From NCBI GenBank assembly GCA_965216875.1, contig OZ244207.1, positions 7,904,001-7,968,000 on the forward strand: a stretch of 64,000 nucleotides of DNA, written 5' to 3'. Positions 9,501 to 18,040 of this stretch are shown one piece after another (within the stretch, counting starts at the first letter, position 1; the number at the start of each line of letters is the position of its first letter). Position numbers and translations under genes: made by a program. The notes beneath the pieces were generated by a model, which was not told the origin of the DNA, searched no databases, and was given only the letters and a program-made list of their open reading frames with translations. Source of the DNA: Rubripirellula sp. Its GTDB lineage: Bacteria > Planctomycetota > Planctomycetia > Pirellulales > Pirellulaceae.

Positions 9501-11341
9501 GCCGCGGTAACCGAAATCTCACCCGGGTCAGCATCGTATTGAAAGAATCCGTTCGCGTGCAGGATCTCGCTTTGGCGATAACCGGGTTGGATCCCGTCAC
9601 CAGGCAACCAAGTGCCCGTGGAAAAAACCGTCGGCGATTCGGTTTGGAAATCGACGCCATCGATTGAGATTTTGTCGACACGCAGGTTGCGGTCGATTCC
9701 GTTGCCGAAGCGGTCATTGTTGAACGTGACGCGAACACGATCGGCAGTGATCGTTTCATTTGCTGTGTAGCCGTAGTTTGCAGGCGTCAAGCCGATTGAG
9801 TTCCATGAAGCGACGGTTTGGCCATCGATTTGAAGGCTCATCGATTCGTCCCCTTCAAACCCTGACGCGGTGACCGAGATTTGCGACCCGTTGCCCGATG
9901 GCGTGTCGGCGTATTGGAAGTAGCCGTTGGTGTGCAGGATTTCGCTTTGCCGGAAACCGGGCTGCACACCGTCAGAAGGTAACCACGTTCCGGTCGAGAA
10001 CACGTCAGCCGCTTCGGTTTGATAGACCTGGCCGTCGACTTCGATCGAATCGACGATCAGATTGCGATCGATACCTGCCGAAGGGTTCCAAAGGTCATTG
10101 GTAAAGGCCACACGCACTTGTCCGGCGTTGATGGTGTCGGCAGCCTGAAAACTGAAGACCTGGTTTGCCGTGCCAATCGCTGCCCAGGTTTGGACGGTGA
10201 CGCCGTCAATTTGCAGTTGCAGGTTTTCGTCACCTTCACTGCCCCGCGCAACCACGTTGATGATCGATCCGTCGCCGCCTTGTGGGATCGCAGCGTATTG
10301 GAAGTAGCCGTCGGTATGGAGGTATTCGTTCTGACGAAAGCCGGGGACCACGCCGTCACTCGGAAGCCAGGTCCCCGTTGAAAAGACGCTTGGGTTTTCG
10401 GTTTCGTAGACCACTCCATCGATCGTGACGTTGTCGATGCGCAGGTTTCGGTCGCCCTCGATCGGGTCGATCAAATCGTTGGTGAACACCAACCGGACTT
10501 GCCCTGGATCCATCCCGTCGATGTTTGCCGTGTACGTCTCAAAGACGCCGGCATAGGCGTCGCCGCCAACATTGTTAAAAGTTGCAACGGTTGCGCCGTC
10601 GATTTGCAGCAGCATCTGTTCTTGGTTGGTCACACCCGCAGCCCGAATGCTGATCGGCAGCGTTCCCCGGTATTGGGCCCGAAACGATTCGGCAAACGCA
10701 AGTTTCGTTTCGATGGTTCCCAGTTGACGCTCGAGAATCCAATCGCCGCGTTGCAGGTTGCCCGTCACATTGGTTGAGGCGGCGACGTCCGCGCCGGACA
10801 ACTTCGAAAGGAGCGATACGAACGCGTGACCGCTGTTGCCAGATCCAACCTTGCAGCCATAGATCAGGATGTCGGCCGTGTTTGATAAGTGCGTTTGCCA
10901 ATTGCGAATCTTGCTGGCGTTGTTTGCCAGCGTGGTGCGGTCGACTTGTTGGTCGCCCAAAGCGAGCCGTCCGCTTTCGCCGTGAGTCACCAAATGAATG
11001 CTCGAGACACCCGTGCGACCTTGCAACGCTTCGCTGATCTGGTCAACGAGTGGCACGTTGGGCGACAGCAGCACAAGATCGTGCTGCGAACCGACATTCG
11101 CCAACACCGAATCGAACTGGGGAACATCCCCCGCCACGAAAACGATTCCAGGCGAACTTGCCGATTGAGTCACTGATTGCGTGGTCGATGGTGACGCGTC
11201 CAGCGGTGGCGCCACCACCGCTGGGGTGACATCGCCCGCAAGCATCAGTCGCGGTTCGAGGCAAGAGGCTGACCAGGGGGCGGTCCACTTGGATTGACGC
11301 CCCGACTGCTTCCGTTTTTTCATGCCCTGCAGCTTCATCAA
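6581..11341 (-). CDS. Large extracellular protein: LEPR motif, DUF4347, 3x carbohydrate-binding module (CBM60-like), 2x Calx-beta, C-type lectin, PQQ-type glucose/sorbosone dehydrogenase propeller, PKD, F5/8C-F-type-lectin-like domain
   Basis: LEPRLMLA; IHLVTHG/LIYGC/GDWILE (DUF4347); 3x 'DRNLRxD.I.IDG..YETE..VFSTGTW'; ATPGEDY/SFADGE; WSDAQTAAEAVGGNLVTIND..WIGL; RGMMGIAIDPDF, GLRNSW, NYGWP; SSDPDGD; NLALGRP..ASRAVDGN. Confidence 0.82.
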   Translation of the reverse strand: MMKLQGMKKRKQSGRQSKWTAPWSASCLEPRLMLAGDVTPAVVAPPLDASPSTTQSVTQSASSPGIVFVAGDVPQFDSVLANVGSQHDLVLLSPNVPLVDQISEALQGRTGVSSIHLVTHGESGRLALGDQQVDRTTLANNASKIRNWQTHLSNTADILIYGCKVGSGNSGHAFVSLLSKLSGADVAASTNVTGNLQRGDWILERQLGTIETKLAFAESFRAQYRGTLPISIRAAGVTNQEQMLLQIDGATVATFNNVGGDAYAGVFETYTANIDGMDPGQVRLVFTNDLIDPIEGDRNLRIDNVTIDGVVYETENPSVFSTGTWLPSDGVVPGFRQNEYLHTDGYFQYAAIPQGGDGSIINVVARGSEGDENLQLQIDGVTVQTWAAIGTANQVFSFQAADTINAGQVRVAFTNDLWNPSAGIDRNLIVDSIEVDGQVYQTEAADVFSTGTWLPSDGVQPGFRQSEILHTNGYFQYADTPSGNGSQISVTASGFEGDESMSLQIDGQTVASWNSIGLTPANYGYTANETITADRVRVTFNNDRFGNGIDRNLRVDKISIDGVDFQTESPTVFSTGTWLPGDGIQPGYRQSEILHANGFFQYDADPGEISVTAAVESVSENENSVQIELVRAGNVGTVAVTYATTAETATPGEDYVSATGTVSFADGQMSASITLDLLPDALFEGDESLILVLSDPTGGARLGLASTRINIIDDDQPPSPGVLSVSPPIAVATEADSAVSFVITRSGGSDGAVTVVFDTIDGEAIAGEDYQATSTLVSFADGELSKTVNVAIISDDVDEPTESFTVALSAPTGGASIDQASALGILSDDDPAKLGGSPVFQYNGHLYLLTPSSSSWSDAQTAAEAVGGNLVTINDAAEETWLQTTFGTTSPYWIGLRDPAGTDLFQWVSGQPATYTNWATDNPGDPGNDFVTMNDGGELKWTNVGSAETHFGIIEIGNPLADGPTIPNGSGFTTETIAQGLNQPVAFAAAPDGRIFVVEKAGVIRVIENGQLLATPFLDINEEVNSFFDRGMMGIAIDPDFATNGHVYVQYAVELNPTNPDEEDFNTAAAGQLIRISASAADPNVADPTTRVVIQDGHQMSHATHAVGDIDFDNAGNLIYTWGDGGFDPNLRLATQDPTSRQGKLFRINRETFEGIPENPFYDVSDPSSIASRVWAVGLRNSWKMSVDRATGDVYMGEVTDSGPEEINVMRADGSTVLNYGWPYYEDTNRTPYGTVPQNFVYESAFIALPHTDVGGGDAIVGGTVWRGDGAIYPEIYNGRYFFGNFNQGIVYSADSQGNYQPFGDLGAFPGVVDIQIGPDGSLWTLSLITGKLERLVYTSQGSGNTNPIAFASASSTAGPTPKLVTLDATASSDPDGDPLAFFWDFESDGIIDASGATASHAYVTVGRNTTTLVVVDDRGGTSTREVEIDVLATAPTDGNLALGRPTFQSTTESGAYASRAVDGNTSSSPADASFSQTVRTRTPLWEIDLGQVYDLSTLEIHLADGTSFPLSNFWVIVSEDPLSSGNLDAALNDPGIWAFNQVEEADPVESIAIGTLGRYLRIQMAGVDDVLALAEVRIFGSLSAT

Positions 11342-11588
11342 AAACCCTCCGTTGGACCTTGTCCGTTCCGTGACGCGCTCGTGCTGGCTCGCTACGCAGA
11401 AGATGGATCACTTTGATAGCACAATCCTAATGGATGCAGGGTGGGAGTTCTGTGAAGTTTGCGAGGAATGGGGGATTGTCGGGCGTTTGGAGTCCTAGGG
11501 AGTTCCAATGTCGATCGACGTTGACCTGAGCAGCCCGAGCCTGCTATCCGAGGGCAAGACATCCACCACTTGCGGATAAATCAGCCTC

Positions 11589-12773
11589 GTGCTTCAGCAA
11601 TTCCAGCCAGATTTTCGGAAAAAACGCCGGCGAATCCGACCGATCGAGTCGGTGTCGCTCTTGTTGTGCGTTTGCGCTGTGAGTTCGGTTGGCTGTCGCG
11701 GAAAGGCCCAGCAAGATGTTTATCGCCAAAAAATGGTGAGTGAGATTCGGGTCCTCGAGGACCAGCTCTATGCGGCGGACTACGAGAATCAGGTGCTTCG
11801 CGATCGCATTGACCTGTTGGAAAGCCGAGTCGATTCGGGGTCGGCGAAGGTTCTCGAACCGTCGAATCCCAACCAATCGCCCAAACCAAGCGTCGCGCCC
11901 AAACCGCGCGAGGCCGAGCCGGTCGAATTGCCCGACTTGCCACTCGACGATTTCAACATGGAAGTCGAAGAGGGCCAGCTTTCCGATCCCAACGCGCTGG
12001 ATGATCCCAATGCTTTGACAGACCCCGGAACGTTGTCTGACGGGCTTCCCGACCTGCCCAGCCTGCCGGAAGGCGACCCCTTCATGGATGACGCCAAGGC
12101 GCCCGAAACCGACGCGCCCGACGCAAATACGCCCGATGCCAATACGCCCGAAACCGGAGGTGCTCGATTGTTGCCGCCACCAGGTGGACCTGAGCCTCCA
12201 GGCACTCGAGATTTGCAATTGCCAGAAGTGAGCGAAGGCGAAATCATTCCGCCACCCGCTGGGGCGAAGGCAGAAGACCAGGATTCACCCGGCGGGCAGA
12301 TCATCTTGCCTGAGTCGATTCAATCACGAGGGGCATCGGTTCCCGAGTCGATCCGGATTCATCAGGGGCTTTCTGGCAAGCATCAGTTTGATGAAGAACC
12401 GGCAGAGGGCATCTTTGTGGTGATCAACGCGATCGATCGCAAAGGACGCATGGTCGATCTGAGTCAATTTGACATTGAAGCGGACTTGACCGTTGTTGCG
12501 GTTGACCCTTCCGATCAAGCACCTGCGGAGCCGCTTGGGCGTTGGGAGTTCAGCAGCAACCAAGTCAAGTCGTTTGTGCGGCAGTCGCCAGCAAGTGGTT
12601 TTCACATTCCGCTGCGATGGCAAGAGACCAAGCCGATGGGCGACGAAGTCGTGCTTCACGTTCGCCTGCGAGCCGAAGACGACGAGATGCGGTGCGAAGG
12701 TCGGTTGAAACTAACCGACAAAACGAATGTCGCAGATTGGACGCCACGAGCTGAATCGGTGCTCGTTCGCTAA
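11589..12773 (+). CDS. Hypothetical Pro/acidic-rich probable lipoprotein
   Basis: Basic N-terminus, hydrophobic stretch ending SSVGC (lipobox-like), coiled coil, low-complexity linker, folded C-terminal domain. Start uncertain. Confidence 0.65.
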   Translation: MLQQFQPDFRKKRRRIRPIESVSLLLCVCAVSSVGCRGKAQQDVYRQKMVSEIRVLEDQLYAADYENQVLRDRIDLLESRVDSGSAKVLEPSNPNQSPKPSVAPKPREAEPVELPDLPLDDFNMEVEEGQLSDPNALDDPNALTDPGTLSDGLPDLPSLPEGDPFMDDAKAPETDAPDANTPDANTPETGGARLLPPPGGPEPPGTRDLQLPEVSEGEIIPPPAGAKAEDQDSPGGQIILPESIQSRGASVPESIRIHQGLSGKHQFDEEPAEGIFVVINAIDRKGRMVDLSQFDIEADLTVVAVDPSDQAPAEPLGRWEFSSNQVKSFVRQSPASGFHIPLRWQETKPMGDEVVLHVRLRAEDDEMRCEGRLKLTDKTNVADWTPRAESVLVR

Positions 12774-12775
12774 GC

Positions 12776-15700
12776 CTACTTGAGCTTGCGGGACCGCGAA
12801 CGCTCGGCGGGAAGGTGCAGCCGCAACTGAGGAATCGCTTCCTCATCTTCTTCGTGCAACTCGGCTGGCTTCGAAGTCTCATCACTCGACGTCTCTTGAT
12901 CCCCGTCGAGTTTGGATTCCGACTTTGCATCGTCGTGATGTCGATTGGCCAAGTGGGGCCGTGGCTTAAAGAACCGGCCTGCTGGACCAGCCAGTAGAGC
13001 GGGCAGCAAGATCAGGTCGCCCACCAAGGCGGCCGACAGCATGACCAACATCAGCGTCCCAAAACGTTGTGTTGGCGTGAACGTCGAGAGGGCGAAGACG
13101 AATAGGCCAAGTCCGCCCACGATCGTGGTCTGGGTCATCGCGGGGCCAACCCGCCGGTAAGTCTCGATGACCGCTTCGACGCGGCTGAGGCCTCGGTCGA
13201 GATTGGCGCGGAACCACGAAAGGAAATGGATCGTGTCGTCCACTGCGACGCCCATGGCAACCGAAGCTGTCATCATCGTGCCAATGTCAATCTTGATTCC
13301 CATATGGCACATCACGCCAAACACCAGCAGGACGGGGAAGACATTGGGGATCATCGACACCATGCCCGCGGCAAAGGCGTTGCCCATGTTGGATGGACGA
13401 AACGCCCGCCCAGGAAAACGACCTGGATTCAGGAGTGCGATCATCACGCAGGCGATCAACACAAACGCGAGACCGATCGAATGAGCCAAGCTTGTTAGCA
13501 GGGTCCGCTGCGCCTTGTAGACGACGGGAACGACACCGGTGTAGATCGCTTGCAGGTTTCCGACGCCTTGGACCTCGGGGATCTTGCCGTCGACGAGCGC
13601 TGCAATCGGTTCTTGTTCGATCACGTTGTGAGCGTCGACCAATCGTTGGGCCGACGCGAAGTGCTCTTTGGTGAGACCATCGCCGGCAAACCAGACAACG
13701 GCATCAAACTTGGCCAGGACCTTGTTCCAGCCTTCGCTTCCCGGTTCCAGCTTCGCGCTGGCTTCGTTGGCATCGAGCCAAGCGACTTTTCCGTTGATCT
13801 TTTCACCGGCCAACAGTTCGCGGAACGTGCCTAGGAAGATGTTCTCACTGATGATGTCATGATCCTCGCCCTGGACGACATCAATCGTGCTCAAACGAGC
13901 GGGACGTTTGCTGCCGACAACCAGAACGCGATCTTTTCCCGAAAGTGGAGTTCGTTTGCCGTCGGCGTCGGTCATCAACTGCGTCAGCAACTCGTCCCGA
14001 ACGTCATAGGCTCGCATGACCGGTTCAACGGTATCGCCCAGCGTCGAAATGAACAGTCCGTAGTCGACGTCGGAGAGCGCGCCGACACGAAGGCTGATCC
14101 GCCAAAGTTCGCTGCCCTGGTAGGGTCCATCTTCTTCGACGCGAAGGTAATCTGTGCTGATCAAGTCGGCGTGGGCCGCGAGCATTTCGTCGTTGAACTC
14201 GTTGCGGCGCCAATCGTAGCTGTTCTTGGGTGCCGGTAACGGTTTGAGGAAGGTTTCGACACTTGTGGTTTGACCCACAGTACCCTTGCCCGGTTCGCCG
14301 AGTGCACGATGCACGACTTTGCCAACACGTGAAATCATCTCGGCGCGTTGCAACACATTCAACGTGGGCTGAACCTCGGCCGAGGCGTCGTCGAGCTTTT
14401 CCGCTTGGATCGTTGGCGGAACGCGAACGACAAGTTCCATCGGAACGAGCTTGCCAAAATTGGATTCCAGCCATGCATAGTCTTCAATGATGCGCGCGTC
14501 CGGATCAAACAGCTTCAGAAGCTGTACGGAAGTTTGGATTTTGGTCAGGCCGAACGTGGTGACCGCTAACACCAACAGACATGCCGTTGCGACGATTCCA
14601 TGACGCTTGGTGATCCACCGTCCGACGGCCGCCCAGCAATCGGACAAAAAGCTCTCTTTGGGTGGCGGTACATCACCGCTATCCGCTTTCGTTTTTTCAA
14701 TGTTGAGGGTGGGGCGAAAGGTTTCCAGCGCGGCAGGCAAATACGAAAACAGGATGGCGAGTGTTGTGAGTACGCCGATTGCCGAATAGAGCCCAAAGTT
14801 GCTGATCGGAGCCAAGTTGCTGGTGAACAGCGAGACCAAGCCGATTGCCGTCGTGACCGAAGCGAGCGTGCAAGGCAGAAACGCGTGCCGCAAGGCTCGA
14901 CCGGGAGCGCCACTGGCACCGCGAGCGCGCACCTCGTCGCGATAGTAGTTGATCACATGAATCGCGCCCGAGAGTCCGAGCACGTAGACCAGCGACGGCA
15001 TGCTCATCAGAATCGCGTCGACTTGGCCGTCGGTCCACCAAACGACTGCCATGCTAAGCATTGCCGAGGAGCCACCGACAATGAAAACCATGATGGCGAT
15101 TTTGAAGCTGCCAAAGCAAAGGAACGAGAGGACGAATCCAATCACAATGCTGTAGCCAACCAATCGCACCAGCGTGATCGTGCCTTCTTCGTCGATCGCA
15201 ACGTTGTCGACTGGCGGCCCACCAAGACGCAATGGCGGCAAACCAGCGGCGACGACCGGGTCGGCGTCAAACGGTGGCGGCGCGATTGAGGGTGCCGGTG
15301 CCGCTTGAATCCCCGATTGTTCGGCGAGTTCAAGCAATCGTCCGCGTGGGCTGCCCAGGACGCCGCGGCCGAGCGCGTAGGGAAGGTTTTCTTTGGCCAG
15401 ATCGGTCAGCGTGACCAAGACACAGGTCGCCCGGGGTGGTGGTTCCACATCCGCATAATCGTAGACCGCGTACCAGACCTCAGTCTGTGTTTCGGTCGAG
15501 GCCGCCGCCAAGTTCTCGGTGTAGCCGTCGAATTGATCGTCGATGATCTCGGTCAACTTTTCAGAGACCAAGAACTCGAAATCCTCTGGCAGATCCCCAC
15601 GACGTTTCTCGGGAATGGCTGCGGTGAATTCATCGGGATTCCACGTGAATCCGTTGGGCACTGCCGGAGCGAACAGCGATCCGGTGAACCGTTTCATGGC

Positions 15701-16477
15701 CAATCGTTCGGCCACCAACTTTCGCTTGTCGGCATCGGTCAAGTCGATCGGCCAAAGCGGACCTTGCTCACAGGCAAGCTGCTCGACGATCGTTGCTCCC
15801 GTTTCGACCTTTTCGAATAGGGGCGCGCACAGGAGCGATGGGTCGTTGTAGAACGGGTTGACGAATTCTTCGGTGGACTCGGGTCCAAAGGCTGCAACGA
15901 ATTGGCCTTCAAGCTTGAAGTTGCCCCTGGACTTGCTGTATTCGCGAAAGCCCGAATACAGCGGGCCTTCGGTGACTTCCCAGCGAAAAAGACGCCCATC
16001 CGGTGTGATGTAGTGCCATACACCATCTTTGGCAGACTTGAGCCACTTCTCTTGCTGGCCGCCCCAATTGCGGTGATCGTTGTTGCCGGTGCGTAGAAGC
16101 TCGTACTTCTTTCCGGTTTCGCGAGCACGGAGGTAGGAGTCGACGAGCGAGTCCGAGACGACGCCGCGCGGGTCAAACTGCTCACTCTCGTGACGAATCT
16201 TTTCTTCAAAGAGTCTTAGACGGTCGTCGTCGCTACTGCAGCCTGGCCATGTTGCGACGACAAAGCTCTCACCGACGAAATGATCCGCAAACCAATTGAG
16301 TTCGGCGGTTTCGCGAAAGTCGCTTGGCAGCCAATCCTTGACGTCGTTTTCTTTCTTATTGAGGCTTTGGCGTGCTCCTCGAAAACCGAAAGGCAGCAGA
16401 AAGAAAAAGCCGAGGAGGATCAGAAGCGCATACGGAATCCCCAGCGGGCCACGTCGCTCTAGCAGGGGTAACTTCAT
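12776..16477 (-). CDS. MMPL/RND superfamily transporter
   Basis: Two TM bundles separated by large loops; GLSGAIHVINYY, ASVTTAIGLVSL, GVAVDDTIHFL, GPAMTQTT. Confidence 0.9.
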   Translation of the reverse strand: MKLPLLERRGPLGIPYALLILLGFFFLLPFGFRGARQSLNKKENDVKDWLPSDFRETAELNWFADHFVGESFVVATWPGCSSDDDRLRLFEEKIRHESEQFDPRGVVSDSLVDSYLRARETGKKYELLRTGNNDHRNWGGQQEKWLKSAKDGVWHYITPDGRLFRWEVTEGPLYSGFREYSKSRGNFKLEGQFVAAFGPESTEEFVNPFYNDPSLLCAPLFEKVETGATIVEQLACEQGPLWPIDLTDADKRKLVAERLAMKRFTGSLFAPAVPNGFTWNPDEFTAAIPEKRRGDLPEDFEFLVSEKLTEIIDDQFDGYTENLAAASTETQTEVWYAVYDYADVEPPPRATCVLVTLTDLAKENLPYALGRGVLGSPRGRLLELAEQSGIQAAPAPSIAPPPFDADPVVAAGLPPLRLGGPPVDNVAIDEEGTITLVRLVGYSIVIGFVLSFLCFGSFKIAIMVFIVGGSSAMLSMAVVWWTDGQVDAILMSMPSLVYVLGLSGAIHVINYYRDEVRARGASGAPGRALRHAFLPCTLASVTTAIGLVSLFTSNLAPISNFGLYSAIGVLTTLAILFSYLPAALETFRPTLNIEKTKADSGDVPPPKESFLSDCWAAVGRWITKRHGIVATACLLVLAVTTFGLTKIQTSVQLLKLFDPDARIIEDYAWLESNFGKLVPMELVVRVPPTIQAEKLDDASAEVQPTLNVLQRAEMISRVGKVVHRALGEPGKGTVGQTTSVETFLKPLPAPKNSYDWRRNEFNDEMLAAHADLISTDYLRVEEDGPYQGSELWRISLRVGALSDVDYGLFISTLGDTVEPVMRAYDVRDELLTQLMTDADGKRTPLSGKDRVLVVGSKRPARLSTIDVVQGEDHDIISENIFLGTFRELLAGEKINGKVAWLDANEASAKLEPGSEGWNKVLAKFDAVVWFAGDGLTKEHFASAQRLVDAHNVIEQEPIAALVDGKIPEVQGVGNLQAIYTGVVPVVYKAQRTLLTSLAHSIGLAFVLIACVMIALLNPGRFPGRAFRPSNMGNAFAAGMVSMIPNVFPVLLVFGVMCHMGIKIDIGTMMTASVAMGVAVDDTIHFLSWFRANLDRGLSRVEAVIETYRRVGPAMTQTTIVGGLGLFVFALSTFTPTQRFGTLMLVMLSAALVGDLILLPALLAGPAGRFFKPRPHLANRHHDDAKSESKLDGDQETSSDETSKPAELHEEDEEAIPQLRLHLPAERSRSRKLK

Positions 16478-16899
16478 ACGAAGATCAGGTGCCTGGGCAG
16501 ATGGAGCAATGGATCGGGCAACGAAGGTGGTCCCGATGGATCGATTAAGCTACCGCCGATCGGGAAAACGGTCTACTTCAAACCGAGCTTGGCGGCAGTG
16601 CCAATCGCGATCCAATTGATGGTTGTTCCGGTCGCGGTCACTTTGACGATGACGGTCTGGGGTGAGGCGTTTGGTCGCTTCACCCGCCGAAACGAGCTGA
16701 ATTCTGATTCGCAATAATCTAATCACTGGCGAAAAAGGCGATAGAGCTACTTTCCCCTTCGGATTCCCACCTTGCATCTTGGGGGCAAATGGGCTCGATT
16801 GACGCTTGGCTCACCCCCCAAGGCGTCCATCCCCGTTTCTCGGGGTTGATGGGGATTGGTTAATCACCCCCCTCGACCCCCATTTGGGAGGCAAATTGA

Positions 16900-17955
16900 A
16901 TGTCGGAATCCCTGCGATCCCTTACTGCGACCGGAACGAAACTCTATCTCGATTCGGTGGATCCCACCGAAGTTGATCGCAATCTCGCTTGGGGCGCCGT
17001 CGGCGCGACGAGCAATCCAGCGATCATTTCCGGAATTGTCAAAGCCGGTGGATTTGACGCAGACATCGAGCGTTTGATCTCTGAGGGCAAAGATGACGAG
17101 GCGGTCGCCTGGGGTTTGACCGAAAAACTGGTCAGCGAAGCGGAAGCCAAGTTCGCTGGGATTCACCAAGAATCGGGCGGCAACACCGGTTGGGTCAGCT
17201 TCGAACTCGATCCATTGCTCGAAGATCCCGAAGCGGGACTGAGCGATGCGGAGCGAACTGAGCAATACATCGAAACGGGCAAAGCTTGGGCCGCTGGACG
17301 CACCAACCGCATGATCAAAGTCCCAGCAACCGAAGCTGGTCTGGCAGCGTTGGAAGAGTTGGCCGCTGCAGGCGTGACGCTCAACGTCACCCTGATCTTT
17401 ACGGATGATCAATATCGACGCGCTCGCGAAGCGGTATGGCGTGGGGCGCAGCGACGTGATGATCTTTCTACATTCAAGAGCGTGTACAGCATATTCATCT
17501 CGCGCATTGACGTTTACACCCAACAGCAAGTGTCGGATCTCTCCGACGATGCTCAAGGGCAAGTCGGTATCTTGAATGCCAAGCGGATTTGGGCCGAGAA
17601 CCAGTCGTTTTGGGCCGACAAAGGTTTGGCTCTTGAACAAGAGTTGATCTTCGCCAGCACTGGAACCAAAGACCCCGCCGATTCACCTTGGCGATATGTC
17701 GACGCGTTGGCTGGCAGTGACATTCAAACCAACCCGCCTGGGACCAACGACGCGATCGCTTCGGCGGATGTCACGTTCACTCGCAAAGTCGATCAATTGC
17801 CAAGTGATGCCGTCGCGAGCGAGATTGATGCAAAGGTCGACGTGGCCGCGATGCACAAAACCTTGATGGAAGAAGGCGTCGCCAAGTTTGTTCAACCGCA
17901 ACAAGCACTGTTGAATCTGATTGCCGAGAAGCGTCGCGAGTTGTCGCCCGCTTGA
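16900..17955 (+). CDS. tal: Transaldolase family protein
   Basis: [21 protein letters not shown] (Schiff-base Lys), [21 protein letters not shown]. Confidence 0.9.
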   Translation: MSESLRSLTATGTKLYLDSVDPTEVDRNLAWGAVGATSNPAIISGIVKAGGFDADIERLISEGKDDEAVAWGLTEKLVSEAEAKFAGIHQESGGNTGWVSFELDPLLEDPEAGLSDAERTEQYIETGKAWAAGRTNRMIKVPATEAGLAALEELAAAGVTLNVTLIFTDDQYRRAREAVWRGAQRRDDLSTFKSVYSIFISRIDVYTQQQVSDLSDDAQGQVGILNAKRIWAENQSFWADKGLALEQELIFASTGTKDPADSPWRYVDALAGSDIQTNPPGTNDAIASADVTFTRKVDQLPSDAVASEIDAKVDVAAMHKTLMEEGVAKFVQPQQALLNLIAEKRRELSPA

Positions 17956-18040
17956 GTGGCCGCTTAGCGGTGAGCCTTGATCGCGTCAGCGACCGGGCCG
18001 TTCTTTCCTATCGTCCCTGCGCCGCAAGACGGCGCACGGG

